From positions 32,001-96,000 of the forward strand of contig JBBRCZ010000009.1 in NCBI GenBank assembly GCA_038204425.1: a stretch of DNA of 64,000 bases, in the 5' to 3' direction. The position numbers and the translations under genes are program-made. The DNA is from Spirochaetia bacterium. GTDB lineage: Bacteria; Spirochaetota; Spirochaetia; DSM-27196; Salinispiraceae. Below, piece after piece: positions 29,127 through 39,100 of the stretch (positions are counted from its first letter, which is position 1; every line of letters starts with the position of its first letter). Under the pieces are notes generated by a model. The model was not told where the DNA came from. It did not search any database and saw nothing but the letters and a program-made list of their open reading frames with translations.

Positions 29127-31103
29127 ATGAAAAATACAAGCAACGTTTTATTAATACTCGCTCTTCTCGTCAGCATTTTTGCAATAAGTTCGTGTACCCT
29201 TGTGGACAATCCCAACACCCTGCCCACGCTTCAAGTTTTACCTGGTAGCGAAGAACTGCAAAATTTTCAAACCACTTTTATGGCAAGCTTCGAAATGTTC
29301 AATGGCAGTTTTAGTAGCTCGTCACGTGCCTTAACGCCTTTTCAACAACGAGCGAGCAGCTCCCAACAGGCCCGGGCAACCGTGCCACTATTTGGTGCTG
29401 ACTCAATTACTTTGCCCACTGGGAGCACCGAGCTTACTGGAAGCCGCAGTGATTATCCAGAACCAGCCCAAAATTCTAATTGGACAATTAGAGGATTTCC
29501 TCCAGTGCCAAATGCTTATGAGATTAAGGTTACGACCAGCTTTCAGAGCTACGATCCTCGTTCTTTTCAAGAAGAAATTTATCTCATCAAGGATGTTGAT
29601 ACTAATGGCCAATGGACCACCGCTGATTTAATTATTGACAGTACTGGTGTACAAAATGATGCCTATAGACTCTACAATCGACTTTACTACCGAGATGGAA
29701 GTTTTCAGGACGAGGTAATTGTTCAGGTGAGAAAACCAACTACAGCAGGCAATATGTTAACAGGCTATGATTATTTTGGAGTCTTTGATGCCAGCGACGC
29801 ATTAGATTACCCGGACGTTTTTGCACCAACGCTTCATGGAGGAGTTGGCGGTGCTACCTACTCATCGGTTGTTGCCTACACGAGATCGTTTCTTAGTGCG
29901 CCTAGTTACTCTTTTTGGGCTGGCAAGCGCGCTCGAAGCATTGTTGGCGTGCGTTACTATACCGAGCACTTGACCGAAGGCGACACCAAGTTAGTATCTG
30001 ACCTTGCGATGTTTGAAAAAGCCATCGATAGTTTGGTAACAACCAGTGGCAGCTTTGTTAACGCATCATCTGACTTGTTTTTGCCAGCCCTAGCAAGCAA
30101 CCGAAATCCTACCTTGCTAAGTCAAAGTGTTTTGCGACAGCAAATTACCTACGGTTGGAATAGTGCAAGTTCTACAGTCAACTACAATTCCGCCAGCCGA
30201 GACACGCGTATGAAAACCGTGGTGGTCAATATTAGCAATAATGCTGACTATTACATTACTCGCGTTAACAATGAGGCAGCGCTCTTAGTAAATGGTAGCT
30301 CTACTATTAACATCCCCAGCGGTGACGCTACGGAAATTGTAAATAGCGATCCCGATGCTGCAGTTTTTAATAAATTTGATCAAAAAACGGTTACTACTGG
30401 AAGTCTAACACCTCTCGATATTGTGGTAGGTACTGCTACTGGCGATCTTGGCACACTTTACAAAAGCCTTGCAGAAGGCGCAGCCAGCATTGCTATTAAT
30501 GGAGCAGATGATATCCCTGGCGACATAACTGGTACCGTGGATGTAAAATCTTTTAGTGGTGCACAGGGTTTTGATACAGGCGCAAATGCCTCTTATACAG
30601 CGGCAGGAACCGTCGAAGCTTGGGTTTACATGAACAGTGTTACTGATACCGGTGGTATTGTACACGCTGGTAAAAATTCTGATTGGCTTGATGAATTGTG
30701 GTCATTACAGTTAAACGGTACCTCAAGACAAGTAATGTTTGCTTTAGTAGCTCAAGGTCCTTACACGTATGGCTATGCACTTTCTGGTACCAAAATAAAC
30801 ACAAAAAAATGGTACTATCTTGTCGGTACATGGTCTAGCAATGCCACTAATACCACACTTAAAGTATATATCAATGGCGTATTGGACAAGACAAGTACTT
30901 CTGCCAATGTCAAAACAAGCTCAAGCTATTCTGGCCCCGTTGACGTAATTGTAGGTTCACAGTTTTATGCAGACAAAGTGCTACCTGGTTACTATGGTTT
31001 TGATGGTAAGATCAATGGCGTATTGTTTAGCGCTGCAGCTAAAACACCGACAGAAATCCTAGACTTCTATAATTTGCACAAGGCAAAGACTGCCAACTGG
31101 TAA
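29127..31103 (+). CDS. Lipoprotein with C-terminal LamG/ConA-like lectin domain
   Basis: Lipobox AISSC; C-terminal TVEAWV...KWYYLVGTW...KVYINGVL...FDGKI. Confidence 0.8.
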   Translation: MKNTSNVLLILALLVSIFAISSCTLVDNPNTLPTLQVLPGSEELQNFQTTFMASFEMFNGSFSSSSRALTPFQQRASSSQQARATVPLFGADSITLPTGSTELTGSRSDYPEPAQNSNWTIRGFPPVPNAYEIKVTTSFQSYDPRSFQEEIYLIKDVDTNGQWTTADLIIDSTGVQNDAYRLYNRLYYRDGSFQDEVIVQVRKPTTAGNMLTGYDYFGVFDASDALDYPDVFAPTLHGGVGGATYSSVVAYTRSFLSAPSYSFWAGKRARSIVGVRYYTEHLTEGDTKLVSDLAMFEKAIDSLVTTSGSFVNASSDLFLPALASNRNPTLLSQSVLRQQITYGWNSASSTVNYNSASRDTRMKTVVVNISNNADYYITRVNNEAALLVNGSSTINIPSGDATEIVNSDPDAAVFNKFDQKTVTTGSLTPLDIVVGTATGDLGTLYKSLAEGAASIAINGADDIPGDITGTVDVKSFSGAQGFDTGANASYTAAGTVEAWVYMNSVTDTGGIVHAGKNSDWLDELWSLQLNGTSRQVMFALVAQGPYTYGYALSGTKINTKKWYYLVGTWSSNATNTTLKVYINGVLDKTSTSANVKTSSSYSGPVDVIVGSQFYADKVLPGYYGFDGKINGVLFSAAAKTPTEILDFYNLHKAKTANW

Positions 31104-31111
31104 GACAAAAC

Positions 31112-31139
31112 AAAGGCCTCCCGCTCGGGAGGCTTTTTT
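31112..31139. terminator. Bidirectional intrinsic terminator between the LamG gene and pelG
   Basis: AAAG-GCCTCCCG-CT-CGGGAGGC-TTTTTT. Confidence 0.85.
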
Positions 31140-32511
31140 ACGCCATGGCTCGCGAAAAGATGCGACGTTCTATAGTTTTTGCCGCATCCGTCAATAGGAA
31201 CCAGGTCACCACAGCGCTTGTAAAAGCAGAAACCAAATAACCAAGCCCGGGGGTCAAGTCCGGTAAAAAATAGTAGAGCACCGGAAACACCAACCCGTTT
31301 AAAAGTATGAAGATCAGTGCCGCGACAAAGGCCTGTCGATACAGTTCAAAGTAGTACAAAAAATTAGTGAGTGTCATAAACAACAATTGGAAATACATGG
31401 CGCCAAGAACTAAAATAGTGTGGTTGCGCATTGCCACATCGTCCATCAACCACATAGCTAAAATGACCCCAAGACTGGTAAACACTGCCTGAAACACATT
31501 TTGAGCACCGACCTCTGCCTTTAAAACCCTTATCATTTCATATTTTGACTTCTGAATTTCATTATATGGTACGGTCAATAGGGAATGTAAAAAATGATTT
31601 AAGGCGCGATAAAAGGCAGTTTCGCAAAAAATGACAAAGTATACCAAGCCAGGAATTATTGAAAGACCTGCCAAATAAACAGGCAGGTCGTATTGGTCAA
31701 ACAATCTAAAAAAACTGCCTTCGACGGGGGTGCCGCGATTAATCCAGAAGAATATTTTGTCCGTCCATTGACCACAATAGAAAAATAAACCCGACAAGAC
31801 CAAGAGAAAATATTTTTGATAATAGGTCTTCAATTTCTTTAAGCGATGCTTTGGTCGACGTGGTGGATACACTAAAAAACTCATTGTAGCGAGTGCCACT
31901 ACAATCAAAAAATGTCCAGCTGCAAATCCGCTAACAGCACCGGCGGCGCCCCAAAGTTGCCCCCACCAGACTACCAGTCCTATTGAGGCCACCATGCCAG
32001 CCACATAGACAAGCATGATGCGCACATACTGTTTTAAAAGCGAAATAAAGAGCATCACCAGCCACAGCAGATTGATAGATACAAACAAAAAAACGCTTCC
32101 CAATCTAAAAAACAAGGGGTGAGCAACATCACCAACAGGCTGGCTAAACATTACCAAAGCAGCGATACCAGCCGATGCCAAGGCCGTAAAGACGGCATAG
32201 TAAATGAGCCAACTTGAGGCTTGGCGTTGTTTGTTTTCCCACAACAAATCAGCAATCATGCGAGTAAACAGGTAGTGCAAACCGCTAAAAAGGCTCAACG
32301 AAAAAGCAAAACTATAGACAATCGCGGCTTGAAAAAGTCCTTGGCTAGCAATGTTGAAAACAGTAAAATAGAGTCGAATCACAAATATGGTAATTATGGT
32401 CAAAATCCAAGGGCCAGCAACAATCAAAATGCCAGAAAGTGCCGCGCTAAAGACATTGGCTAAGCCACCCTTGGCAAAAACTTTTCGTAGTTCAAACCCG
32501 ATTCCTGCCAT
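31138..32511 (-). CDS. pelG: Pel exopolysaccharide transporter PelG
   Basis: Signature N-terminus MAGIGFELRK, AGPW, WTDK..FW, YDLPVYLAGLSIIPGLVYF..ETAFY; about 12 TM. Confidence 0.93.
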   Translation of the reverse strand: MAGIGFELRKVFAKGGLANVFSAALSGILIVAGPWILTIITIFVIRLYFTVFNIASQGLFQAAIVYSFAFSLSLFSGLHYLFTRMIADLLWENKQRQASSWLIYYAVFTALASAGIAALVMFSQPVGDVAHPLFFRLGSVFLFVSINLLWLVMLFISLLKQYVRIMLVYVAGMVASIGLVVWWGQLWGAAGAVSGFAAGHFLIVVALATMSFLVYPPRRPKHRLKKLKTYYQKYFLLVLSGLFFYCGQWTDKIFFWINRGTPVEGSFFRLFDQYDLPVYLAGLSIIPGLVYFVIFCETAFYRALNHFLHSLLTVPYNEIQKSKYEMIRVLKAEVGAQNVFQAVFTSLGVILAMWLMDDVAMRNHTILVLGAMYFQLLFMTLTNFLYYFELYRQAFVAALIFILLNGLVFPVLYYFLPDLTPGLGYLVSAFTSAVVTWFLLTDAAKTIERRIFSRAMA

Positions 32512-32513
32512 GT

Positions 32514-33917
32514 CTAAATTGTCTCCAGCATGCTTTTGTACAAGCTTCGATAGGTATTCAATAAGTCTTTCTTATCATAGAGACTAAATACTTTTTGTCT
32601 GTTTTTTTGGTTGATGAGCTTCATTTCATCAGGATGACTATAAATGTAGCGAATGCCTTGGGCCAACTTTTCCGAGTCCTTGGAGGCAGCCAAAAATCTA
32701 TCGTCGTAATCGAGCATTTCCGGCACGTTGCCAACTTTGGTGCAGACACAGGGCACGTAGGCAGTCCACGCTTCGAGTATAACCAGCGGCTGAGCTTCAC
32801 GGACACTCGTTAAGAGCATAACATCCAAAAATGAATAGTACTCCAACACATTTTGTCGACCAGTAAACAAAAATCTATCTTGAATATTGAGACTCTCTAC
32901 TAGCTTTACGCAGTCTTCGTAGTACGCCTGATCTTCATCGGTTGGGCCAATGGCATAAAAAATTGCCTCAGGAATTTCGTCCAGTATAATTTTTGCAGTG
33001 GTAATAAATGTCTTAATATCCTTTATAGGAACTATTCTACCAACCAAACCGATGTGAAAACCTGCTCGTTTTTCTTTTATTACGGCAGAGAATCGCTCAA
33101 CATCGATGCCGTTAGGAATTACCAAAGTTTTTTCGTGTGGAGCACCAAGTTCCAATTGCTTTTGTCTATTTTCTTCAAACAGGGCGGTAATTCTATCAGC
33201 AAATTTGTAACAAATTGAGCTGAGTTTGTTGTAAGTCTTTATCCACATATCGCGCTGGTAACCACGTACTAGGTCTGACTTTCGTATCTCAATTTCGCGC
33301 TCTTTGTGGTACAGTCCGTGCTCGGTTAAGAGCATTGGTTTTTTACGGCGAATGCGAGCAGCCAAGGCAGCCAAACCTGCAAACCCTGTAGATATGGCAT
33401 GGTAAATGTCGGCTTCTGGTGGTCGGGCTGCCAAAACCCTAAAGATCATATCATGGGAGGATTGTAAGGCCCAATAATAGTCAGCAAACGGATAGATAGG
33501 ATTGCGTTTTTTGTTGGTCTCTACCACCATTTCCCACGAAGTATCTTCGCGTACGCTATCGCGGTGCAAGTTATAACCTTCGGGTATGCGGCTAATCATC
33601 TCGCGTAAATCTGGCGACTCACCTGAGAACATGCGAGCGTGGGTGCTCATAATGTTTTTTAGCATTTCTGGCTTATCAGGGTGCTTTTGTTTTTGCGGAA
33701 TTTTTTCTGATAGAACAAGGTCAAGATGTTCAACCACATTGGCAGGAAGTTTGTAGCGCAGCTCCTGTCCACCTACCGGGGAGATTGTAAACAAACAGAA
33801 GTCGAGATCGGGCAAACCGCTAATCATGTCTTGCACCCAGGCACTGACTCCACCGGTAATAAAAGGGTAGGAACCTTCCAATACCATGCAAACCCGCAAT
33901 CGCTGTTTGTCGATCAT
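32514..33917 (-). CDS. pelF: GT4 glycosyltransferase PelF
   Basis: LEGSYPFITGGVSAW, YHAISTGFAG, LTEHGLY.KER.IEI, GRIVPIKDIKTF, EAQPLVILEA. Start 33917 overlaps the upstream stop (ATGA). Confidence 0.93.
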   Translation of the reverse strand: MIDKQRLRVCMVLEGSYPFITGGVSAWVQDMISGLPDLDFCLFTISPVGGQELRYKLPANVVEHLDLVLSEKIPQKQKHPDKPEMLKNIMSTHARMFSGESPDLREMISRIPEGYNLHRDSVREDTSWEMVVETNKKRNPIYPFADYYWALQSSHDMIFRVLAARPPEADIYHAISTGFAGLAALAARIRRKKPMLLTEHGLYHKEREIEIRKSDLVRGYQRDMWIKTYNKLSSICYKFADRITALFEENRQKQLELGAPHEKTLVIPNGIDVERFSAVIKEKRAGFHIGLVGRIVPIKDIKTFITTAKIILDEIPEAIFYAIGPTDEDQAYYEDCVKLVESLNIQDRFLFTGRQNVLEYYSFLDVMLLTSVREAQPLVILEAWTAYVPCVCTKVGNVPEMLDYDDRFLAASKDSEKLAQGIRYIYSHPDEMKLINQKNRQKVFSLYDKKDLLNTYRSLYKSMLETI

Positions 33918-34693
33918 GTGTTTTCTCCGATCCAAAATTGATACACTTTTTTAACCTTGGGAAATTTATTGCCGTCGTTGAGAAAAACCAAAATTGACAT
34001 TACCTTGATGTAATCCCTTTTGGCAAACTGAACTTGCGCCATCAAAAAAAGCAAGAATGGATCCTGTTTGTGCTTACGCAGCGACCTATCCAAAACTTTT
34101 TCAGCAAGGTGGATCTTGCTGCTTTCTAGTAGCAATTTTATGAGTAATTGCATATCGTCATTGTGTAAGTCTAGGCGGTGCCAGTTTTCTTGATAGACGG
34201 CATACGCTTCGCCTAAGTAAAAATACTTTAAAACAGGCCTCGAAATATTTAGCAAGCCAAGTTCATACAGGTTCTTAACTAACTTACGGACGACCGCCTT
34301 AAAGCTAGGATCTTGTACGTCAGAAACTTTTTCTCTATAGGATCTTTTTAATGCTTGTATTCGATCGTTGTAGCGCATTTCCAAGGAGTTGATACTCTCC
34401 GCGGCAAAAAGCGCTAATTCTTTGTCTGGATTAATGATAAGCTGTTCAAAAATGCGCATCAACAAAATTGCTGAGCCAACATTTAGGTTTTTTCTAGCTA
34501 AAAGACGCTCAATTTCCATTATGTTGTAGGGTTCTTCAAAAATAGGCCTAATATTTACGGCCATCGACAAATAAGATTCTTCTGGCACCAATCCGGCATC
34601 AAAGGCCATTAGCGCAGCCGATTGGGTTTTTGGTAGGTAGCTAAATCGGCTTTCTACAAAATAGCCGAAATTGTAGCTTAAATCGCGACTCAT
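33914..34693 (-). CDS. PelE-like HEAT/TPR protein
   Basis: Lies between pelD and pelF. LIINPDKELALFAAESINSLE resembles the PelE D.D.RLLAY..L..E motif; TPR-like C-terminus; no evident TM. Confidence 0.6.
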   Translation of the reverse strand: MSRDLSYNFGYFVESRFSYLPKTQSAALMAFDAGLVPEESYLSMAVNIRPIFEEPYNIMEIERLLARKNLNVGSAILLMRIFEQLIINPDKELALFAAESINSLEMRYNDRIQALKRSYREKVSDVQDPSFKAVVRKLVKNLYELGLLNISRPVLKYFYLGEAYAVYQENWHRLDLHNDDMQLLIKLLLESSKIHLAEKVLDRSLRKHKQDPFLLFLMAQVQFAKRDYIKVMSILVFLNDGNKFPKVKKVYQFWIGENT

Positions 34694-36123
34694 ACGCGCT
34701 GCATCTCTAGCAAGGTTTCTGCCATTTCTATCATGGCGTTACTTGAGTTGAGCGAGTCGCCACTGGTGCTAAATCCAACAATTACTTCCAGCAAGACAAT
34801 TTTTCCATCGATATCGAGCGCCAAACCAGGGATAAGTGAAAGCAGGTCTAGGCAAAAAAATGAGGTTCCATCTTGGTCCAATCCTTGAATTAGGAACGCC
34901 AATTGACTACTGTTTTTAAAATGGAAGATCTTTGATTTAACTTTATGGTGTTCTTCAAAGGCATCTCTGATTTTAGAAAACAATTTTTTGAGCTGAGCCT
35001 TGCTCCAATCTTCTAATAAGGTCTGCCAATTTGAAAGTTCGAGCACTATCAGCGAGAGCTGGCCGCCAGAATGGCTAATTTGTTCTAGTTCTCGTTCAAG
35101 CGTACGATACAATTGGCTCACCTGAGGGAGGCCAGTATCTTCGTCCATTTCTCGTTGGTCAAAGAGCGTTTCGTGTTCCAAAATATCTGCTAAATAAGGT
35201 TCCATCAGATTTATCAAAATTTCCAGAACGCTTTCGGTATACAGCGAGTATTGCTCAAAGGGCATTTCTTCGATATTGAGTACCCCCCAAACCTGTCCTC
35301 TGATACGAATAGGCAGGCAAATAATGTTGCAACTAATATCCAACTTATAAAATTCTTGAGAGCCCAGCATCATCCTGATAGAAAATGGTTTGCCGTTACG
35401 GAAGACATAGCCCTCTACAGTTCCGTCCAAGCCGATGCGGCTTTCGCGCTTAATAGTATGCGTCGCAGGATCTTCTTCCCAACCAAAAACAGCGGCTGTT
35501 TTTAGGCGACCGCTTTCGCTTGAGGCAACCCAAATAGAAGCTGAGGACGTTTCTGTAAAAAGGTTGACTGACTCGAGCATGGTGTTGAGGGCCTGCGTCA
35601 TATCGAGAGCCGATAGTTTTTTTACTTGTGCTCGCAAAAGCGTTATTGAATCCTTTTGGTTAGATACTCTGTTTTCCAAAACACGTCCCACCCGCTCAAG
35701 GCTATTGATCATGCGTTTATTTTTTTGCGCAGTATACACATGCTTTTTTAGTCGTTGCAGAATGTGAAGCACAAATTGCTTGCGCTGCTGGTAGCTATAA
35801 CCTGAAATCATCCAAGCGACAAACATAAGTGGCCCCGAAAAACGCAGCGCTTGTAAGAGCTTGGCAAACCACAGCAGGTTAAAATCGTCCTTAATTAGAG
35901 GAAATAACAAAAACCCAAAGAAAAATGTCAGGAGAAGCTCAAGAAGTCCCCACCAGAATCCGTAAAAAAAGGTAAAGATGACTGCGACAGTCAAATAGGG
36001 AATAGCAAACCAGTTTAAAAAGCCAGTCTCGGCGCTGAGTAATAAATTTAGTAAGAGGGGTACCACAGCAAGCACTAATGCTTCTATAATTATTCTAAGA
36101 GTGTTGCTGATTTTCTTAGCCAT
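34690..36123 (-). CDS. PelD-like membrane protein (TM + GAF + degenerate GGDEF)
   Basis: About 4 N-terminal TMs, coiled coil, GAF (CLPI...GVLNIEEMPF), GGDEF-like DEDTGL...LSLIVLEL...VIVGFS. Confidence 0.75.
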   Translation of the reverse strand: MAKKISNTLRIIIEALVLAVVPLLLNLLLSAETGFLNWFAIPYLTVAVIFTFFYGFWWGLLELLLTFFFGFLLFPLIKDDFNLLWFAKLLQALRFSGPLMFVAWMISGYSYQQRKQFVLHILQRLKKHVYTAQKNKRMINSLERVGRVLENRVSNQKDSITLLRAQVKKLSALDMTQALNTMLESVNLFTETSSASIWVASSESGRLKTAAVFGWEEDPATHTIKRESRIGLDGTVEGYVFRNGKPFSIRMMLGSQEFYKLDISCNIICLPIRIRGQVWGVLNIEEMPFEQYSLYTESVLEILINLMEPYLADILEHETLFDQREMDEDTGLPQVSQLYRTLERELEQISHSGGQLSLIVLELSNWQTLLEDWSKAQLKKLFSKIRDAFEEHHKVKSKIFHFKNSSQLAFLIQGLDQDGTSFFCLDLLSLIPGLALDIDGKIVLLEVIVGFSTSGDSLNSSNAMIEMAETLLEMQRV

Positions 36124-36170
36124 TAAGAAGATCCTCTAGATTGGTCCAAGCAAACTCTGAAAAAGGATCT

Positions 36171-39100
36171 ATGAAAAAAAATACCATAATTTTGCTGCTA
36201 CTGTACACCATTGCTACCACTATAGTCACAGCACAGCAAAAGGAAAAGGTTGAGGCAGTTTTTCCTGTAAGCGTCGAAGGTTTATTGTACTGGGAAGCCG
36301 AATCTGCTGTGGCCAGCAATTTTTCTAAGGAAGCAACTCAGGACTACGCCAGCTCAGGCTTTAGAATATTACAGCTAAATAAAGATCCACAAGCCCCAGG
36401 AGCGCCTTTCTTTGCCGAGTACGCACTCTATGTACCAGAAGACGGCGTTTACAACTTGTGGCTGGCAGGCACGCCACCTGGACCAAAAGACAAACAAGTT
36501 CCATCTTTCGCGTCTCCCTTTGAGTACCAAATCGACGAAGGCATGCCAGTACCCATCTATCGAGAGGATGTTCATGTTGTAGAATCATTTGCTGTAAGCA
36601 ATTACTGGAGTATGATAAAGAAGCCAATTCAACTAAAGAAGGGTATCCATAGTCTACGCATTATCGTCAATCAAAAACGAAGCTATGACAATCGGTACTA
36701 CTTCTATTTAGATGCCTTATTTTTGGCTAAGAGTAGCATGGGAAACTTTACTAGCACGGCATTGCCTGCTAAGTTTCCCAAAAATATGCAGGCTCGTGAC
36801 ATCGACTCAAGCTACAAAACAATTAATCAGTACGAAGAACGCATTGCTGCCAACAACAAAGATATGACCGTGTACATAGAACTAGCCAATGTTTACAGCA
36901 TGATATCTGACTACCAAAATGCTATAAAAACGCTCGAACGCAGCCGACTAAACCTGGGGAATCAACCTGAAATATTGCTTCTACTTGCTAAAAACCGTAT
37001 ATGGAGCGGCGAGTTTGACTTGGGTTTACAATTATACAAGGAATATTTGGCCACGCCCGCCTCCTCATTAGCCATTTGGGCCGAAGTAGCCAAGGTAATG
37101 GCTTGGCTTGGGAAGTACCAAGACAGTCTCAATTTATACAACGAGGCGCTAGTGCGCTATCCTGGCAATTTAAATCTGATAGTTAATCAGGCACTAACTA
37201 GGTTTTGGGCCGGCAATGTTAATGAAGGCGAGCAACAACTAGAGCAGGCTTGGGATTTAGCAAAGAAACAAGAACAAGATCTAAAAAATTTGGCAAGCAT
37301 CTATACTATCAATGGCTATCCGGAAAAAACGGTGGAAACCTATTCCAGAGGGCTCGAAGTATTTCCTAACAGCCTAGAAATAATGTTGCTGTTGGAAGAT
37401 TCGTATCTAAAAAACAACCAAAAAAGTAGAGCTGCCCAAATTCGCGGAAAAATAGAAGAAACTTTTGTTGCTTCAGAGGCTCTTTCGCAATTGCTGGAAA
37501 CTAGCAAAAATCAAAACAGCACGCGTGACAAGATATTGGGAAACTATCGGCTGCGCTTGGTTCTTAAACCCGATGACGTTAAACTTCGCCAAGAGCTGAT
37601 TGATGCCTATTTTTGGAATAATTTAAAAGAAGAAGCTATCAACGAAACCATAAATATGCTGATCAACCAGCTCTATAAGCAATTTGGATTGATGGATAAA
37701 GAACTCGAAAAAAGTTATTTGTTAATGGATAAAGTTAGTTTGTTGAGTGTCTTTCTTGCTAGCAGTGAAAACCAAGCCAAAGCTTTGCAGGACGCAGTCC
37801 AAAAAGCAGTTTCGGCTCTTCAAAGTGCCAAACAGGCCAACTCTGAACAGGACTTCCCTGACTTACAGGCCAATGTGGATAGTACAAGCAATCTGCTTGC
37901 TGCTTGGTTGAGTACCTATATAAATGCATTAAAGACTATAGAGAACTTGCAAAGCGATTTGCAAAGTGAGCAAAGAGCATTTGAGAAAACGGCGACCATC
38001 TTACAAGAAAAAAGCCCTTGGCAATGGAATAGAGGATTTTACTTCAACGAACTAAATCAAGGGTCTGCCAACAAAAATAGCCTTGCCGATTACTTACTTT
38101 GTCGCATCGCGCTCTTTGAAAATCAAAGCGGTTCAGCACGGCAAAAAAGTGAAATCTTAGCAAAACTGACAAGCCTCGATAAGCCGATGCAAAGCTTAGT
38201 TACGCAGACTGCTCTGTGGCTTAATGGCCAAATACCCGACGAAAAATTGGACCTTTATAACTATTATGATTACGGTTCTGAAATAAACTCATTAAGCGAG
38301 CTCTTGAAAAATAGTGCACCACTTGCTGAGCAATTTAGCACCGATACTGCCAAAGATCTCTTGCGTCAAACGGAAGCACTATTAAAAAACAACCCAAATC
38401 ACTTTGGTAACTTAGTACAGAACAAAGCAGCCTTAATAAAGCGTATGAAGGTACGTATGGAAATTCAAATGTATCAGTTTGAACTTGAAACATTTGAAAC
38501 GCGTTACAAATTGGCCGATTACTATCTGAGTTCTCAAAAATATAAGACGGCGCGCGACCAGTTAGAAATGGTTATTGGGGTGGCTCCATTTAACATTAAT
38601 GCTCGCTTTAACTTGGCTCGCGCCCGCCAATTGAGCGGGGATTGGTCTGGTGCCATGTCGCTCTACAAAGAAATATTTAAGACCGACCCCAAATTTGAAA
38701 ATACTGCCAGCTTGTATAATTTGCTGGCAAAAAATCATGCGGATAGAGTTGCCGGATCACTGACAAGTTTCTGGGATACCAATCGCCAAGAAGTAAGCGG
38801 ATTGTTTGCCTTTACAGCCGGTGGCAGTTCAATCTTGGGACTCAATGCCAGTTACGAAAACCTGGTCATTCGTTTGTCCAAGCGCGGGGATATTAATGAC
38901 CCCGTCAGTATTAACCTGCACGATCTCAATTTTAGTTTCCCCATCAATTTTTCTGACATTAATTTCAGTATTACTCCCAGCATTGGTGGAAAATTGAAGA
39001 ACGAGTTTTTTGACCAGAATGTTCCAGCTGATCAAAGTCTGGTGCTGGAAGACATTTTTTCGTACATGGCTGTCGCACCCAACTTTGGGCTCAATCTAAA

